From the NCBI GenBank assembly GCA_051294375.1, contig CM119265.1:20742221-20806220 (forward strand): 64,000 nt of DNA, written 5' to 3'. Below the pieces are notes generated by a model that saw only the letters and a list, made by a program, of their open reading frames with translations, did not search any database and was not told the origin of the DNA. The translations under genes and the position numbers were made by a program. Of the stretch, positions 14,145 through 27,200 are shown in pieces. Source of the DNA: Paraspadella gotoi (Eukaryota > Animalia > Chaetognatha). How positions within the stretch are numbered: position 1 is the stretch's first letter; the number at the start of each line of letters is the position of its first letter.

Positions 14145-15125
14145 AATTTATGATTTTAAGGAAACGTCGAATTTGTGATCAAGTGCAGTATTTTTTTTTC
14201 TTTTTTTATAGGAAAACCAATATTCAGATCTTATTTGACAGATCATCGTCAGGCTAAGAGTTGACAAGTGAGTGGAAGAAGGGAGCTAAGCATGTGGGGG
14301 AAAAAGATGAGAGAGAATTTTAAGAAGGAGCGAGAGAGAGTCTGAAGCCGAGAACAGCGCCTCTTGAGCGACCGTCAGGACCAATACAACAGGATTAAAT
14401 CCCCTCCACCCCCCACCCCCCCCCCCCCTCATTTTCAATGTCTTAGTCTCCATTTTTCCCAGGGGATATTAAGGATCGGTTTCCATGCATCGGTTTGAAT
14501 AAGCCCCATATCTTATTGCAGGCCTCTTGCCCGGGGGCCACAATCGAGCCTGCCTGATCCACAAGGCCTTCTTCCACCTTTAGGTGGTCCTGGTCTGACG
14601 CTGGATGGGTCTTTGATGCGTTTTGGACGTGAGGAGGAGTTCGGTTGCTCAGGCCTCCCATTTGACTGGACACCCGACATCTCCTCTCACGGTCCAACGC
14701 ATCCAAGGACCCCATCCAGCCTCAGCCACCACCTAAGGTGGAAAGAGGCCTTTGTGGATCATGCGCCTCGGATTGTGGCCCGGGCAAGAGGCCTCAATGA
14801 GATTATTGGTGCGGTCTTATGTCAAAACCGATTGCATGAGAAAGCGATCCTTAATTCCCTGGGAAGAAATGAGACTAGACATTTTGAACGAGGGAGCGGA
14901 GCGGGGGTGGTGGAGGGATTTATCCCTAGTTGTATTGTTCTGACTCTCACCTGTTCTCTCTCTCTCTCATCTCTCTCTCTTTTCCTTAGCTCTTTCTTCT
15001 ACTACTTCACTCTTACCCTGAACGATGATCTGTCAAATAAGATCGAAATATTGGTTTTTCTATAAAAGAAAAAAAAAAAATACTGCAACTTGATCCCAAA
15101 TTCGACGTTCTTAATCATAATATAT
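14145..15125. repeat. ~1-kb imperfect palindrome (foldback) centred ~14660
   Basis: ggcctcttgcccgggggccacaatcgag vs ctcggattgtggcccgggcaagaggcc; atcttatttgacagatcatcgt vs acgatgatctgtcaaataagat; caatacaac...cccctccacc vs ggtggaggg...gttgtattg; aacgtcgaatttg vs caaattcgacgtt. Confidence 0.9.
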
Positions 15126-15640
15126 ATAATTTGATATCGACATTGTTTCGTCGAGTTGGATGTACTGTGTTTCTGTGGTTGGACTTGTTGTTGTTGTTGA
15201 TGTTTATGGTCGTTTGTCACCGACACGGGAATTCGACACGCCAATCCGAATCTGAGGGCCGAAAGGGGGAGGCGGCGGGCTGGGGGGCAGAAAGACCGAA
15301 CCAGAAGTGAAAAAACTGGGGGAGCAGAAGATCGAGAACGTCGCCTTTCAACATTGTCTTAATGAAATCTTTTATTTTTGGGGGGCGGAGTATCGTTTAC
15401 TGATAAACGATTTAATTTATCATTTCCCTTCTTGTATTTCTCTTTTTTTTATTTAGTTTTATATTTATGTATTCTCTTCTATATCTAAACACTTTTTTTT
15501 AGCACACGTGTTTAGTTCGTTAGTATGAGACTTGACGACTTTTCTTTTTCCCTTTGCTTACACTTTCTCTCTATATTACTTTTTTCCTTTTATCCCTTGT
15601 TTTCACTTTCTCTCTNNNNNNNNNNNNNNNNNNNNNNNNN

Positions 15641-16380
15641 GATTATATTAATGATTATTATCACTCATGTCCATCAATATTACGATTTTCGATGCATGAA
15701 ATCGTGACAATTAACCGAAAGCTTAATCCTCTTTTCCCGCTATCCAAATTTGATGAAAAACCATTTACCCCTGAAAAAGATACAAGACTGAGGATATGGG
15801 CGACTCTCTAGGAAATTTCAAATCTCTCCCCTGTTTCTCTTTCCAGGCAATGAAATCTGAGTCAGAAAATCTGGAAAAAACTTCCTGGGATTTTTGGGAC
15901 CTTTTCCATTTGCGGTGTCTCCTCTTCTCTCTACTCTTTCCGTTCTCCTCTCTCCTCTCAAGGCGTAGAGTCCGTTTGCGCGCATCCTGGGACCCCCCAA
16001 AAAAAACCAAGGTGAACCCACCCAGGTCGACGATCCATTTCGCCCAAAGATTCCATCTTTTTCTCGCCACGTCATTGGCGAGAGCTTTATTTCGCTTTTT
16101 TTTGCGTTGCTTATTCGTCGGTGCGGTTCATAGTCGATAAAACGTCGTTGGATTGCGTTGGATGTGCCTCCCATTTGGGTCCTCTTTCGCCTTGCCATAT
16201 GTCGTCCTTCTCATTGTGCCAAGGATGCGGTAACTGTTGCAAACGATCGCACTGCTTGTTACTTCTCAGACCCGAGCTGTCCATTGGTTAGATTTCTCGT
16301 AGCTCTGCCGCGACATAGTTGCAATTGGATATGCACTGACAGGTTCCATCGATGATTGGTCGGAATCATCGACTCCGGTT
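15641..16380. repeat. Diverged direct-repeat copy 2, starting right after the N gap at 15616-15640
   Basis: See 9964-10960. Confidence 0.7.
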
Positions 16381-17080
16381 GCCCCTCTGTTTAAGAAATT
16401 TGAATTGAAAGGTTCGATTCACTTGAATTATTTTCAACTCAGGAAGTCGTGCTTTCATCTCCGACGCGAAGAAGAAATTGCAGAAGTGGATATCGCGGTA
16501 AAATTTGCAACAAAAAAATATAATATATCTTGTATTTTAGGATTTCGTTATTATGGAATAATTACATTCGGATTCAGAAGTAATATCGCCTTAAAAATTC
16601 GTCACATACTAATATTAAGTTCCATTTTTTTTTTCAAGAATGATCCTTTAGAGTTTAGTTTTAGTTTAGTTTAGTTTAACGTCCGTAGTTTACTTCAAAA
16701 TCCAGCCTCTATTTCAAAAGTAAAAATGTAATTTGAATTTTATTTAAATTTTTCAACTAAAAAATTTTTTTTTAACAATGAAGTTAGTTTAAAAAAAAAA
16801 ATAATTTAAAATATTACGAAAAACGGTCGGTTCTAGTTTGAATTTCCTTGCAATTTACCCTTGGCGATAGACGGAGTGAGCAGCGTCCCCTTTCAATCTG
16901 TTCTTCTGTCGCTCCATCGGGAAAAAGAAAATAAACAAACAAAAGGCTCAAATTCAAATTTTTTTTTCATCGGGAGCGAACGACTATTAAAGAGGAGCTC
17001 CAAAAGTGACTTTTTTAAAAAACTCTCTTAAAAAGTTCTTTCTCTCTCTCTCTTCATCTTTCCTCTTCAACCCAACGACC

Positions 17081-18064
17081 ATGGATTGGAGATTCCTCTC
17101 AGCCGCATTTCTAGCTTTAGTTGTGAGCGGTGAGTTTGCATCGGATTCGATCTCTCGATGTTGTTTTTATAAATTTTTGATTGGATTATCGGTTTTATCG
17201 CCCTTCGACTTTTTTAGCATTTGGTGCGGAAAACTTTATTTTTATTCTATGGAAAAGTCATTCATTCCTAACTAATACGGTTCAATGTTCAAAACTTTAT
17301 TACACGGACTTTCTCCAACTAATGAATTTACCAAAATATTAATCACAGTCAGTCAGTTAAGAGTTATAACAACTCATTTCAATCCCATTTGAAATCCGTG
17401 TACATATTTAACTTCACTTCACTTCATTCTTTTCCAACGATAACTTTTTGTACATCTTAGCTATTACCTCTTCCGTCGTCTTGTTACTTGTCTTTACTTT
17501 TTCTCTTCTTGTCTTTTTACCCATCTCTACCACATTTCCTGTTCTCTTCTCATTCCTACTTTTCTTTTTTCTTCTTCCCTTCCCAACATCCTTTTTTTAA
17601 TTATCCTATCTTTTATCTATCCTTTTCTTCCCCCCTCATAACCCTCCAGTGAGCGCCCAGAATTGCAAGGGCGGCAACTGCGGGATGTGCCAATACGGCG
17701 GCGCCAACTACCGCGAGGGAATGAGATTCAGCAACAAGGATTACTCCGGATGCTACTGCACCTGCACTCGCGTCAACGGGGTCCTCAAAGTCGACTGCGA
17801 TACAACTCAGGTTGGTCAAAGTGGTTTCATCATGTCGAAATTGATGTTCTCTTAAATCGGGGAGAAAACAATTTGAAAGCAAAGTTTGCTTTGATAAAAG
17901 TGTATTTGACCTGATTTTAACAGTGTCGTTAAATGTATTTATTTTTAGTGCAAACCTCAAAACTGCTTGTACGACGGGAAGAGCTATCAAGTCGGTGCCA
18001 CCTTCCCCGCCAAAGGAAATTGCGGAGACTGCGTGTGCAAAGTTGGACAAAAGGTATGTCAACT

Positions 18065-18137
<73 letters not shown>

Positions 18138-18167
18138 GAGAAAGAAATGAAAGAAAGAAGAAGAAAA

Positions 18168-18231
<64 letters not shown>

Positions 18232-21200
18232 AAAAGTGATAGACAAAGAAGCACTGTTTTGTTTAGGTGGCGTGCAACATTCCACGTCAATGCAAGCCGA
18301 CTCCGGCACCCATCTGCAACGGGGTCGAAACTTTCGGCGCCATCCGCGCTTCCGGTGCCGTTTGGTTATCGCCTGACAATTGCAAGCAATACATGTGCGA
18401 CAATGGAAAGATTGTTGCAAAAGACCAAATCTGCAAATGCGTCTACAACAAGTAAAATTTGTTATAAATATATAAATCAGAAGTTTTATAGTTTATTAAT
18501 GTTGACATTTACAATTTACAATAAAAGTCATGTTAAGGCTGTTATATGGCCTCCGAAACATTATTCTTTTTTTTATAAACCAAATTAAGTCATACTATTT
18601 TTTTATCATACACTCTTTAAATTCTTACTATTTTTATTTATCAGCCAAAATTTCGAATTGGGACAAACGTTTAACGTAGAGTGCAACACTTGCAAATGCA
18701 AGCAAGATGGAAACGTGCAGTGCTCACAAAACCCGTGCCATTGCACGTTCAATAACCAGAAATTGAAGAAAGGACAACAAGTCGCGGTAATTTCCATTTA
18801 ATCGTCACTTACTAAAAATAAAAATTAACGTACTCTTCTATGAGTTTGAATTTTTATCGGACCTTTATATTGCGATATTTTAATTTTTTAGGCTCCTGAC
18901 GGATGCAATACGTGCACCTGCGGAGATAACATGCAGATGTCCTGCACGAACAAGCCTTGTTCGTAAGTTTCCACAATTATAATGCACTATGTCGATTTTA
19001 CAGTCCGCATGAAAAATCAATCTTTCGATTAACTTTTTGTAAGCACAATCACCTTGCAAACCGGGCTTTAACTATTAACAAATCATTCGCATGTTACATC
19101 TACATCTGAGGCTTTGTTAATTACACATAAAAATTAGAAGTGTGTAAAAAGTGATTTAACAATTTAACATAAATCATAATGGGTTTTGTTTTTACGAGCT
19201 CTCATGTGATGTTTATATGATTTTTTTTTTGTTGGAAAGATTTCTTTTAAAGATTCTCTGCAATAAGCATTTATAATGTATAATTTTTATGCATTGTTAA
19301 GGTCAAAAGTTAATTGCAGAAAATTGACTCAGCATGAAAGAGCATGTTATGGGATTTTTCTTTTAGTTACATTTAATTTATATTATTCTTTGTTTGATTC
19401 AAGATGCTACTATAACGGAATGCAGCTTAGGTTTTATCAAACAGTACCTAAAGAATGCAATACATGCACGTGTATGCCTACGGGACAGATCTCATGTACT
19501 AATAGGCCTTGCAGGTAAGTTAACTTCCAGTTAGTGTTTTCTAGAAACAATCGATTTCAAAATTATGTAAAAGCATCTTCACATAATTTTGGCCAGATTT
19601 TTTCTTATTGCCTTTAAAGAATTCAATGTTATGCTATGTATTGGTGTGTCTATCCTAAATAAAGCATTGTTGTGCATGAACTGCGAAAGCATGGCATGGA
19701 TTATCACAAAAAATATAATAATGATAATATTTCTTTTTTAAATGTTTTTATGTATATAAACCAGTTCAATTTTTAATTAAAAAGCAGTTAAAAGGTATAT
19801 TTATATAAGTATTGTTTAAATTAGCGAAACAATTGTCATTGCTCCACAGTTGCAAACACAAAGGAAAAGACGTTCAAATTGGAGCAGTAATAACCGATGA
19901 TCCTTGCAAAAAATGCACTTGCTTAAAATCTGGTCAAATGCAGTGTGAAGATGTGGTAAGTCAACCGATATACTAAAATTCTTTTTTTTCTTCCCGACTC
20001 CATATGAAAACAATGGCAGATGCTTTGAAAATGGTGTCACCTATGCCATCGGACAATCCTTTAATAAGGAGTGTAACACTTGCCAGTGCACACAATCCGG
20101 GCAAATTAGTTGTACCGATTTGGTAAGGAAAAATTCGCGTGGGTTTGATAAATTTAGTAATATTTTATTCCTTTCTTTTTGATAACTTCTGTTAAAACAG
20201 CTTGGCATCAAACTTTAATTTTAAAGTTTTCCATATTTTTAATAACTGTTAATAAATCAGTAATTTTATTCTGTTTATAATTTTTGGAAATCCAGGCTTG
20301 TGGTTGTTATTATAATGGACAAATGGTCCAAATGGGCAGCAGCATCACAGCAGCTGACGGCTGTACGAGACTGACTTGCCGTCAGGTAAGAGAATAAAAG
20401 ACTCAACTAATATCTTACACCTGCTTTCCCTCCCCCCCTTCTCTCCCTCTCCCTCTTTGTCTCTCGCTCCATTTTGGCGAGCTTAGGCTTGCCCAACCCC
20501 TGCTCCAACTTCGGGCTCAATGTGCAAATATTCCGGGATGGAAGTAGAAGTCGGCAAGACAGTCACCGACCAGGATGGATGCACTATAATGAGATGTCAA
20601 GTATAGACTGCCCCTTTTTAATGTGTTAACACATTTTTGCACTAATTTTGCGATTGCTTTTGATGTTGGGTAGAAAGTAAATCTAATAGTTTTTTTTTTT
20701 AAATACAATTTAGGAACCGTTGTTTAATAAAAATTTTAAACATTAATTTTTTTACTTTTTCCACAAAGAAATTATGGCAATTTTTTTAAATAAATAAATA
20801 TATGTAAAATTAAATGATAAAATAATTATAAAATCTAAGACTTTAATAGTGAAACAAATAATTTTGAAATTTTCATGATAAAATAATAAAATAAAATAAA
20901 ATAATAAAGATAATAATAAAAATAATAATGATAATGTTATTAAGAAATAATAATAATAATAATAAAATAAATATAAAGATTACTTTTATTAACAAACGAC
21001 AAATAAAAAATTTAAGCATTAAGTTTTTTTACTTTCTCAAAAAGTTATGACAATAATTTTTTTGGACATTTGGTTTGGTAAAGAAATTTGCCTGCAACCT
21101 TATGTGTTTGTAGCATCCATCAGCTCATCCATACAAATTACATTTTACGTAGATTTTGAAATATAAATATTTTTTATAATAAAATAATTTAAAATAATTG

Positions 21201-24200
21201 TTTCTTCCACCCATAACCGTTATGAAAAAAATTAAAAAATATTGAACAAAAGTTCTATCTGCTGACAAACTATAAAAATATTTTTTTCACAATGTTTGTA
21301 ATTGAATTTATCCATAACAACGCGTTTATCGCATGTGCAATATCCCCCCCTCCCCGAGGCTTTTTTTACTAATTCATATTTCGTACCACCTTAAACTGAA
21401 TTACCATAATTTCAGAACGGCGGTAACATGATCCCGGATTCATCCAATTGCGTTTGCAACTATAACGGAATGACCTATCAGAGGGGACAAACGTTTAATA
21501 AAGGCGACGAATGTGGCAATACCTGCACCTGTGAAAATAATCGACAGGTTCGAATTTCTTTCCTGAAAAGTGCTATCAATCTGTCGTCTTCAAAACAATA
21601 AATCTAATTAATTTTGTCTCTGTTTAGGTTGCCTGCACCAACAAAGTTTGCTGCAGAAATACCATGAATAACCAGATCATGCAAATCGGGGAATTCTATA
21701 TGAAAGAATGCAACCGATGTGAGTGTCAGCAAAATGGCCAAGTGAACTGTGGGAACAATCCCTGCAATTGCTTCGGAACGGCTGGGCAAAAGTACAATAT
21801 TGGCTCCTCCTTTGTGCACACTGATGGTTGTAATACATGTAAGTACTTTTGATATGAGGAAACAATTTTATAACATTATTATTCATTTTGCTCTATTAGT
21901 TTTTAGCAGCAGATCTCGGCTTTATAATCCACTTTGTCGGTCCGTCGCTCCCACCCCAAAACCTTGTGGGTAATTGACTTAAATCATAACAGAACATTGA
22001 ATTATGATAAATTATGAAAAAAAATTGGTGTCCATTCGTCCGCACAGACCATCAGTTGTACATCCGACCATGATTAAATTCCTACCACCTTCGTTACTCT
22101 TCCTACCGAGTCCGTCTGTCCGTCTGTCCGTCCCCCTTAGCTTTGAACGCCAATTACGCAGGAGTGGATGAGGCTATTGACTTGAAATTTTTGAATGTGG
22201 ATAGGAAGGTGTATTATTAAGCAGGAAATCAAGTTTCAATGAAATCGCCCAAATGAAAATGAGTTAAAATGGAAAAATAAAAAATCTATTTCACTATTTG
22301 ATTATTCTTTTTTTAGTCGGCTCTGCTTAAAAGCAGATCCCGACTCTATAATTCACTTTGTCGGTCCGCGCCCTCAATCTTGTCGGGCATTCACATATAT
22401 CATGTCAGAATATCGAATTATGATAAATTATGCAAAAAAAAACGATGTCCGTCCGTCCTACCTTAGCAAAAAACTCCAATTACTCGTGATTGGATGGATG
22501 GATTGGAATGAAATTTTGTGTTTGGGTAGGGAAGTGTGTGATTGAGTTGGATATAAAGTTTCGATGGAATCGTGCGAGTGGAAATGAGTTTAAATGGGAA
22601 AAAAAATCTATTTCACTATTTGAACACTAATTACTCATAAGTGGACGGGGCGATTGACTTGAAATTTTGTATTTTGGTAGGAAACTGTGATTAAGCTGGA
22701 AATCAAGTTTCGAGGGAATCATATGAGTGGAAATGAGTTTAAATAGAAAAAACAAAAAACCTGTTTCACTAATTGATTATGCTTCTTTTTCTTTTTATAT
22801 TAATTAATAAATTAAACAATTAATTAATAAATAATTAATTAATTGGTCAATTAATCAATTAATTATTAAATCAATGTATTTAGTTATCTATTAATTAATT
22901 ATTCAATTAATAATTTATTTATAAATTAATTAATTATTTAATCAAGTCAATCTTTATCGGCATTATTGTCGTCATCGCCATCATCGTCGTCGTTGCTTTT
23001 GTCATGGTCAGTGACGAAAAGACCTAAAAACAAACATTTCAAATCAAATTATTTAATTTATTGATTAAATTTTTATTTTAGTTTATATAGTTTGTATAAA
23101 TTAATTAATTACCGCTAATGAACGGGGGCAGATCCGACATTGTTTGCTAAAACTTGTTCTTATTATATCAAGGTGCATTAAATAATTATTAACAAATTAG
23201 TAGTTAATACATTATCAATTATTTTGTAATTAATTAATTTTGTGATCTAGATTGTTGTTTTGTGATTAAGAGGCAATACAAATTGGAAAACGATTTTGAC
23301 GCAACTAAAAAAAATAATATTAATTAATTATTTAATTTATTAATTGATTAATTAATTAACTATCTTATCAGCTACTTACTGCTAATGACCGTGGGCATTG
23401 TTTGCTCAAACTTGTTTATTTATAATATGTTAGATTGGAATCCATTTTATAAAAGTAAGAAAAAGAATTTGTCTTTCTATTGATGTGTCTGGTTTTACAA
23501 ATCTTATAAATATTAAATTATTATTATTATTATTATTATTTTCAATATCATAATCTATTCTAGGTACTTGCTTGCAAAATGGCCAAATCGTTTGCGGTAA
23601 TAAAAAATGTAAGTGCGATTACAACGGACAGCTATACAACATCGGAGCTCAATTTGACAAAGGAGATGGATGTAATAAATGCACTTGCCAACAAAGTGGC
23701 CAGGTATTATCGTCGGGAAAAAATCAGTAAAACTTTTTGGGGGGAAATCCGCGATAAGACTTCAATTATAATGTATTCCTAATTAATTTAAAATAAATAT
23801 TTTCTTAATTTTCGACCAACTCTTCAATGAAATTGGTACTACCAATATGAAAATCATTCAATAAATAAGCTGTTACCCCTGATTCTGGACAAGCTATGGT
23901 GGTGAAGGCATCTTACAAGATAATAATAAAGCAGGACCCTGAAAACTACCTTTAAAGATCCTCTCACTAACCAGTTTGTTCAATCTCAGAGTACCGTCCC
24001 TATCAATAAAGTGCTACAATGTTTTTAAGAGCTGTTTTAATTTCATAAAAAGGCCACTCACTTAAGTTTTAAATCGGGGAACACTATATTTTACTCCGCA
24101 TTTGAAATTAAATACAAGGAGCTGACTGGGACAAAATAAAAATTGTTCATTTATTCAATAAATAAACTATTTTGGCCCTGACTTTGGACATTAAGTAATA

Positions 24201-27200
24201 TTATTGTTTGTATAATTGTATATGAACCTATATAATAATATATATATTTATTCTAAATTTTTAAAAACTTAAGAAAGAGTTTAATGGTAATTATTTATTG
24301 AATTAATAAATGAATACATGAATAAACTGAAAGAACACCCACCAGGTAGGTGGTTGTTATTAACAAGTAAAAGGAAGTTTTCCATTGGTTTTAATGGCTG
24401 TCATTGATCTTTGTGTTTATATTTCATTTTTTTTACTTCTTTCTAGTCATTTGCTTTAAAATAATAGATATTTAAATTTAGGGTTGCTTCTCAATTAAAT
24501 TCAGATAAATCCATTATTCAACCAAAAACCGATATTTTTAATTCAGACAAGCAAAAAAATTGTTTATTTTATGAATCAACAAATAATAAATGCTCTTAGG
24601 TTACCAACGACTAAAAATTATTATAAATTCGGTCGTTCCGAGAAAGAACTAAAAAATTTAGTATAAATCTTCTTCCTGACATAAAGAAATATCATTTTTA
24701 AAATATTTTTTTTAAATTTAAGTGTTGCCTATACTATAGGAAAAGAGTTTATAACTTGTTAAGGAAAGAACTGAGATATTATAATCTATACAATCTTTTT
24801 CCTTGTATATAGGTTCGTTGTTCAAGCGAAGCTTGTAACCTAATTAATAAATGCAATTTTCGAGGAAGGGATTTAATTGTTGGAGAGATTTTTAAAATAG
24901 ATAATGGATGCAATAATTGTACATGCACAAAATATCGCACAGTATCTTGTACACAAAATCCCATACCTTGTCGTTGCGATTATAATGGTAATACATATAA
25001 GATTGGTAATTCATTTGAAAATGAATGTAATACCTGCACTTGCTATAACGATGGTCAAATTAGATGCACTAAAAATCCTTGCAATTGTCGATTTGAAGGA
25101 AAAATTATGAGAATTGGTTCAACATTTTCGCGAGGTATTTGCTTGTGAGAATTGCTGGTATACAGGAATATAAAATGCATTGATTGATTTTTCTGTTTGT
25201 AAAGGTTGCAACACATGTGTATGCAAAAATAATGGGCAAGTAGAATGTGAAAGCAAACAATGTTATTGCAATTATGAAGGAAAGCAGTATGAATTTGGAA
25301 TGACCATAAAAATCGATTGCAAAACTTGTACGTGTATGTCCAATGGCAACATGTTATGTGATAAAAAAAATTGTTTTTGTCAATATGGATCCACAAAAAT
25401 ACGTATTGGAGAATCTATTGTTAAAGATTCCTGCAATCAATGTGTTTGTAACGAAAATGGAAAGGTTAGATTACTGACTTCTAATCTTTTGAGTATCACT
25501 GCTTTATAGGTTTTTTCATTCCCTATCGCCATTTGTTTGAAAAAATTAAAGCAAATAGATTTATTTACTTTAAATAATGATTGCCCAAAGATAAACCAAA
25601 AAATATTTAAGCTAAATTTTTTTATTATAATGTCATTGTCTACCTTGTATTTTCTTGCAATATTTTATGTATAGTTATTTAAAAAAAATTTGTGCATTAA
25701 ATAATGATAATTTTTAAATTACTATAGTTAAATTTATTTAAAGATGAAAATTTAATTTTTGCTATTAAAATGTTTTTTAATAATTAAAAATACATTATAT
25801 GTTTTTTAGTATTTTTTAATCAACAGGTTGTATGTACTAACAATGCATGCAATTGCAACTATGGTGGTCGCATACTTAAAATTGGAGAAACTATTAAAAG
25901 TGATAAGGATAGTTGTAACTCATGTACTTGTAATGCTGATGGTAAAGTACAATGCACTTCTCAAGTTTGTTCCATAAAATGTAATTTTAATGGGAGGCAA
26001 TTAAACAGTGGTGATATTGTCCAAAAAGATGCCTGTAATACATGTACATGCAATCAGTTAGGAAATCTTGATTGCAGTAATAAAAACTGTGTCTGTCAAT
26101 ATGGCGGTCAAACTTTAAAAATTGGTGAATCAGTGCCATCTGATTGCAATACATGCACTTGTCAAGCTAATTTGCAAGTTACATGCACTAGCAATGTCTG
26201 CAGATGTGTACACAATAATCAAAATGTTATGATTGGTCAGACAGTTCCTAAGGGCGATGGTTGCAATACTTGTTCATGTTCTCAAAGTGGTGCAATGACC
26301 TGTACAAACAACGCAGTACCGTGTAACTGTAATTATAATGGCCGTGTGCTAAGCATAGGGGAGGAAGTTCAGAAAGATAGTTGCAATAGATGTAAGTGTG
26401 AAACCAATGGCCAAGTAACATGTACCAATAAACCTTGTGGGTGCTCCTATAATGGAAGAACTTTACAGTTTGGAGAATCAATTGCTAAAGGAGATAACTG
26501 CAATCAATGCACATGCCAAAACTCTGGTTTTGTAACATGTAGTAGTAAATCATGTGGTTGTTTTTACAATGGAAACTCATTAGCAGAAGGACAAAGGGTA
26601 TCAAAAGGTGATGCTTGTAATTTCTGTACTTGTCAAAACGGCCAAGTTACTTGTGAAAACAAAGTGTGTGGATGTAATTACAATGGGCAGACCTTAACAA
26701 CTGGACAAAGGGTTTCAAAAGGAGACAATTGTAATATGTGTACGTGCCAGCAAAATGGACAAATGATTTGTGAGAATAAGATTTGTGGTTGTACTTATAA
26801 TGGTCAATCATTGCGCTATGGCCAGACTGTATCAAAAGGAGATAACTGTAATATGTGTACTTGTCAGTCAAATGGACAGGTAACGTGTGAGGATAAATTA
26901 TGTGGTTGCAGATATAATGGCCAGACCTTAAATTATGGACAAAAAGTTTCGAAAGGAGATAACTGTAATATGTGTACTTGCCAATCAAATGGTCAAATGG
27001 TTTGTGAAAATAAAATTTGTAATTGTAACTATAATGGGCAGAGTTTAAGTATTGGGCAAAAAGTTTCCAAAGGGGATGGTTGTAATATGTGCACATGCCA
27101 ACAAAATGGACAAGTAGTCTGTGAGAGTAAAGAATGCGGTTGTAATTATAATGGCCAAACTTTAAAATATGGACAAACCATTTCAAAAGGTGATAATTGT

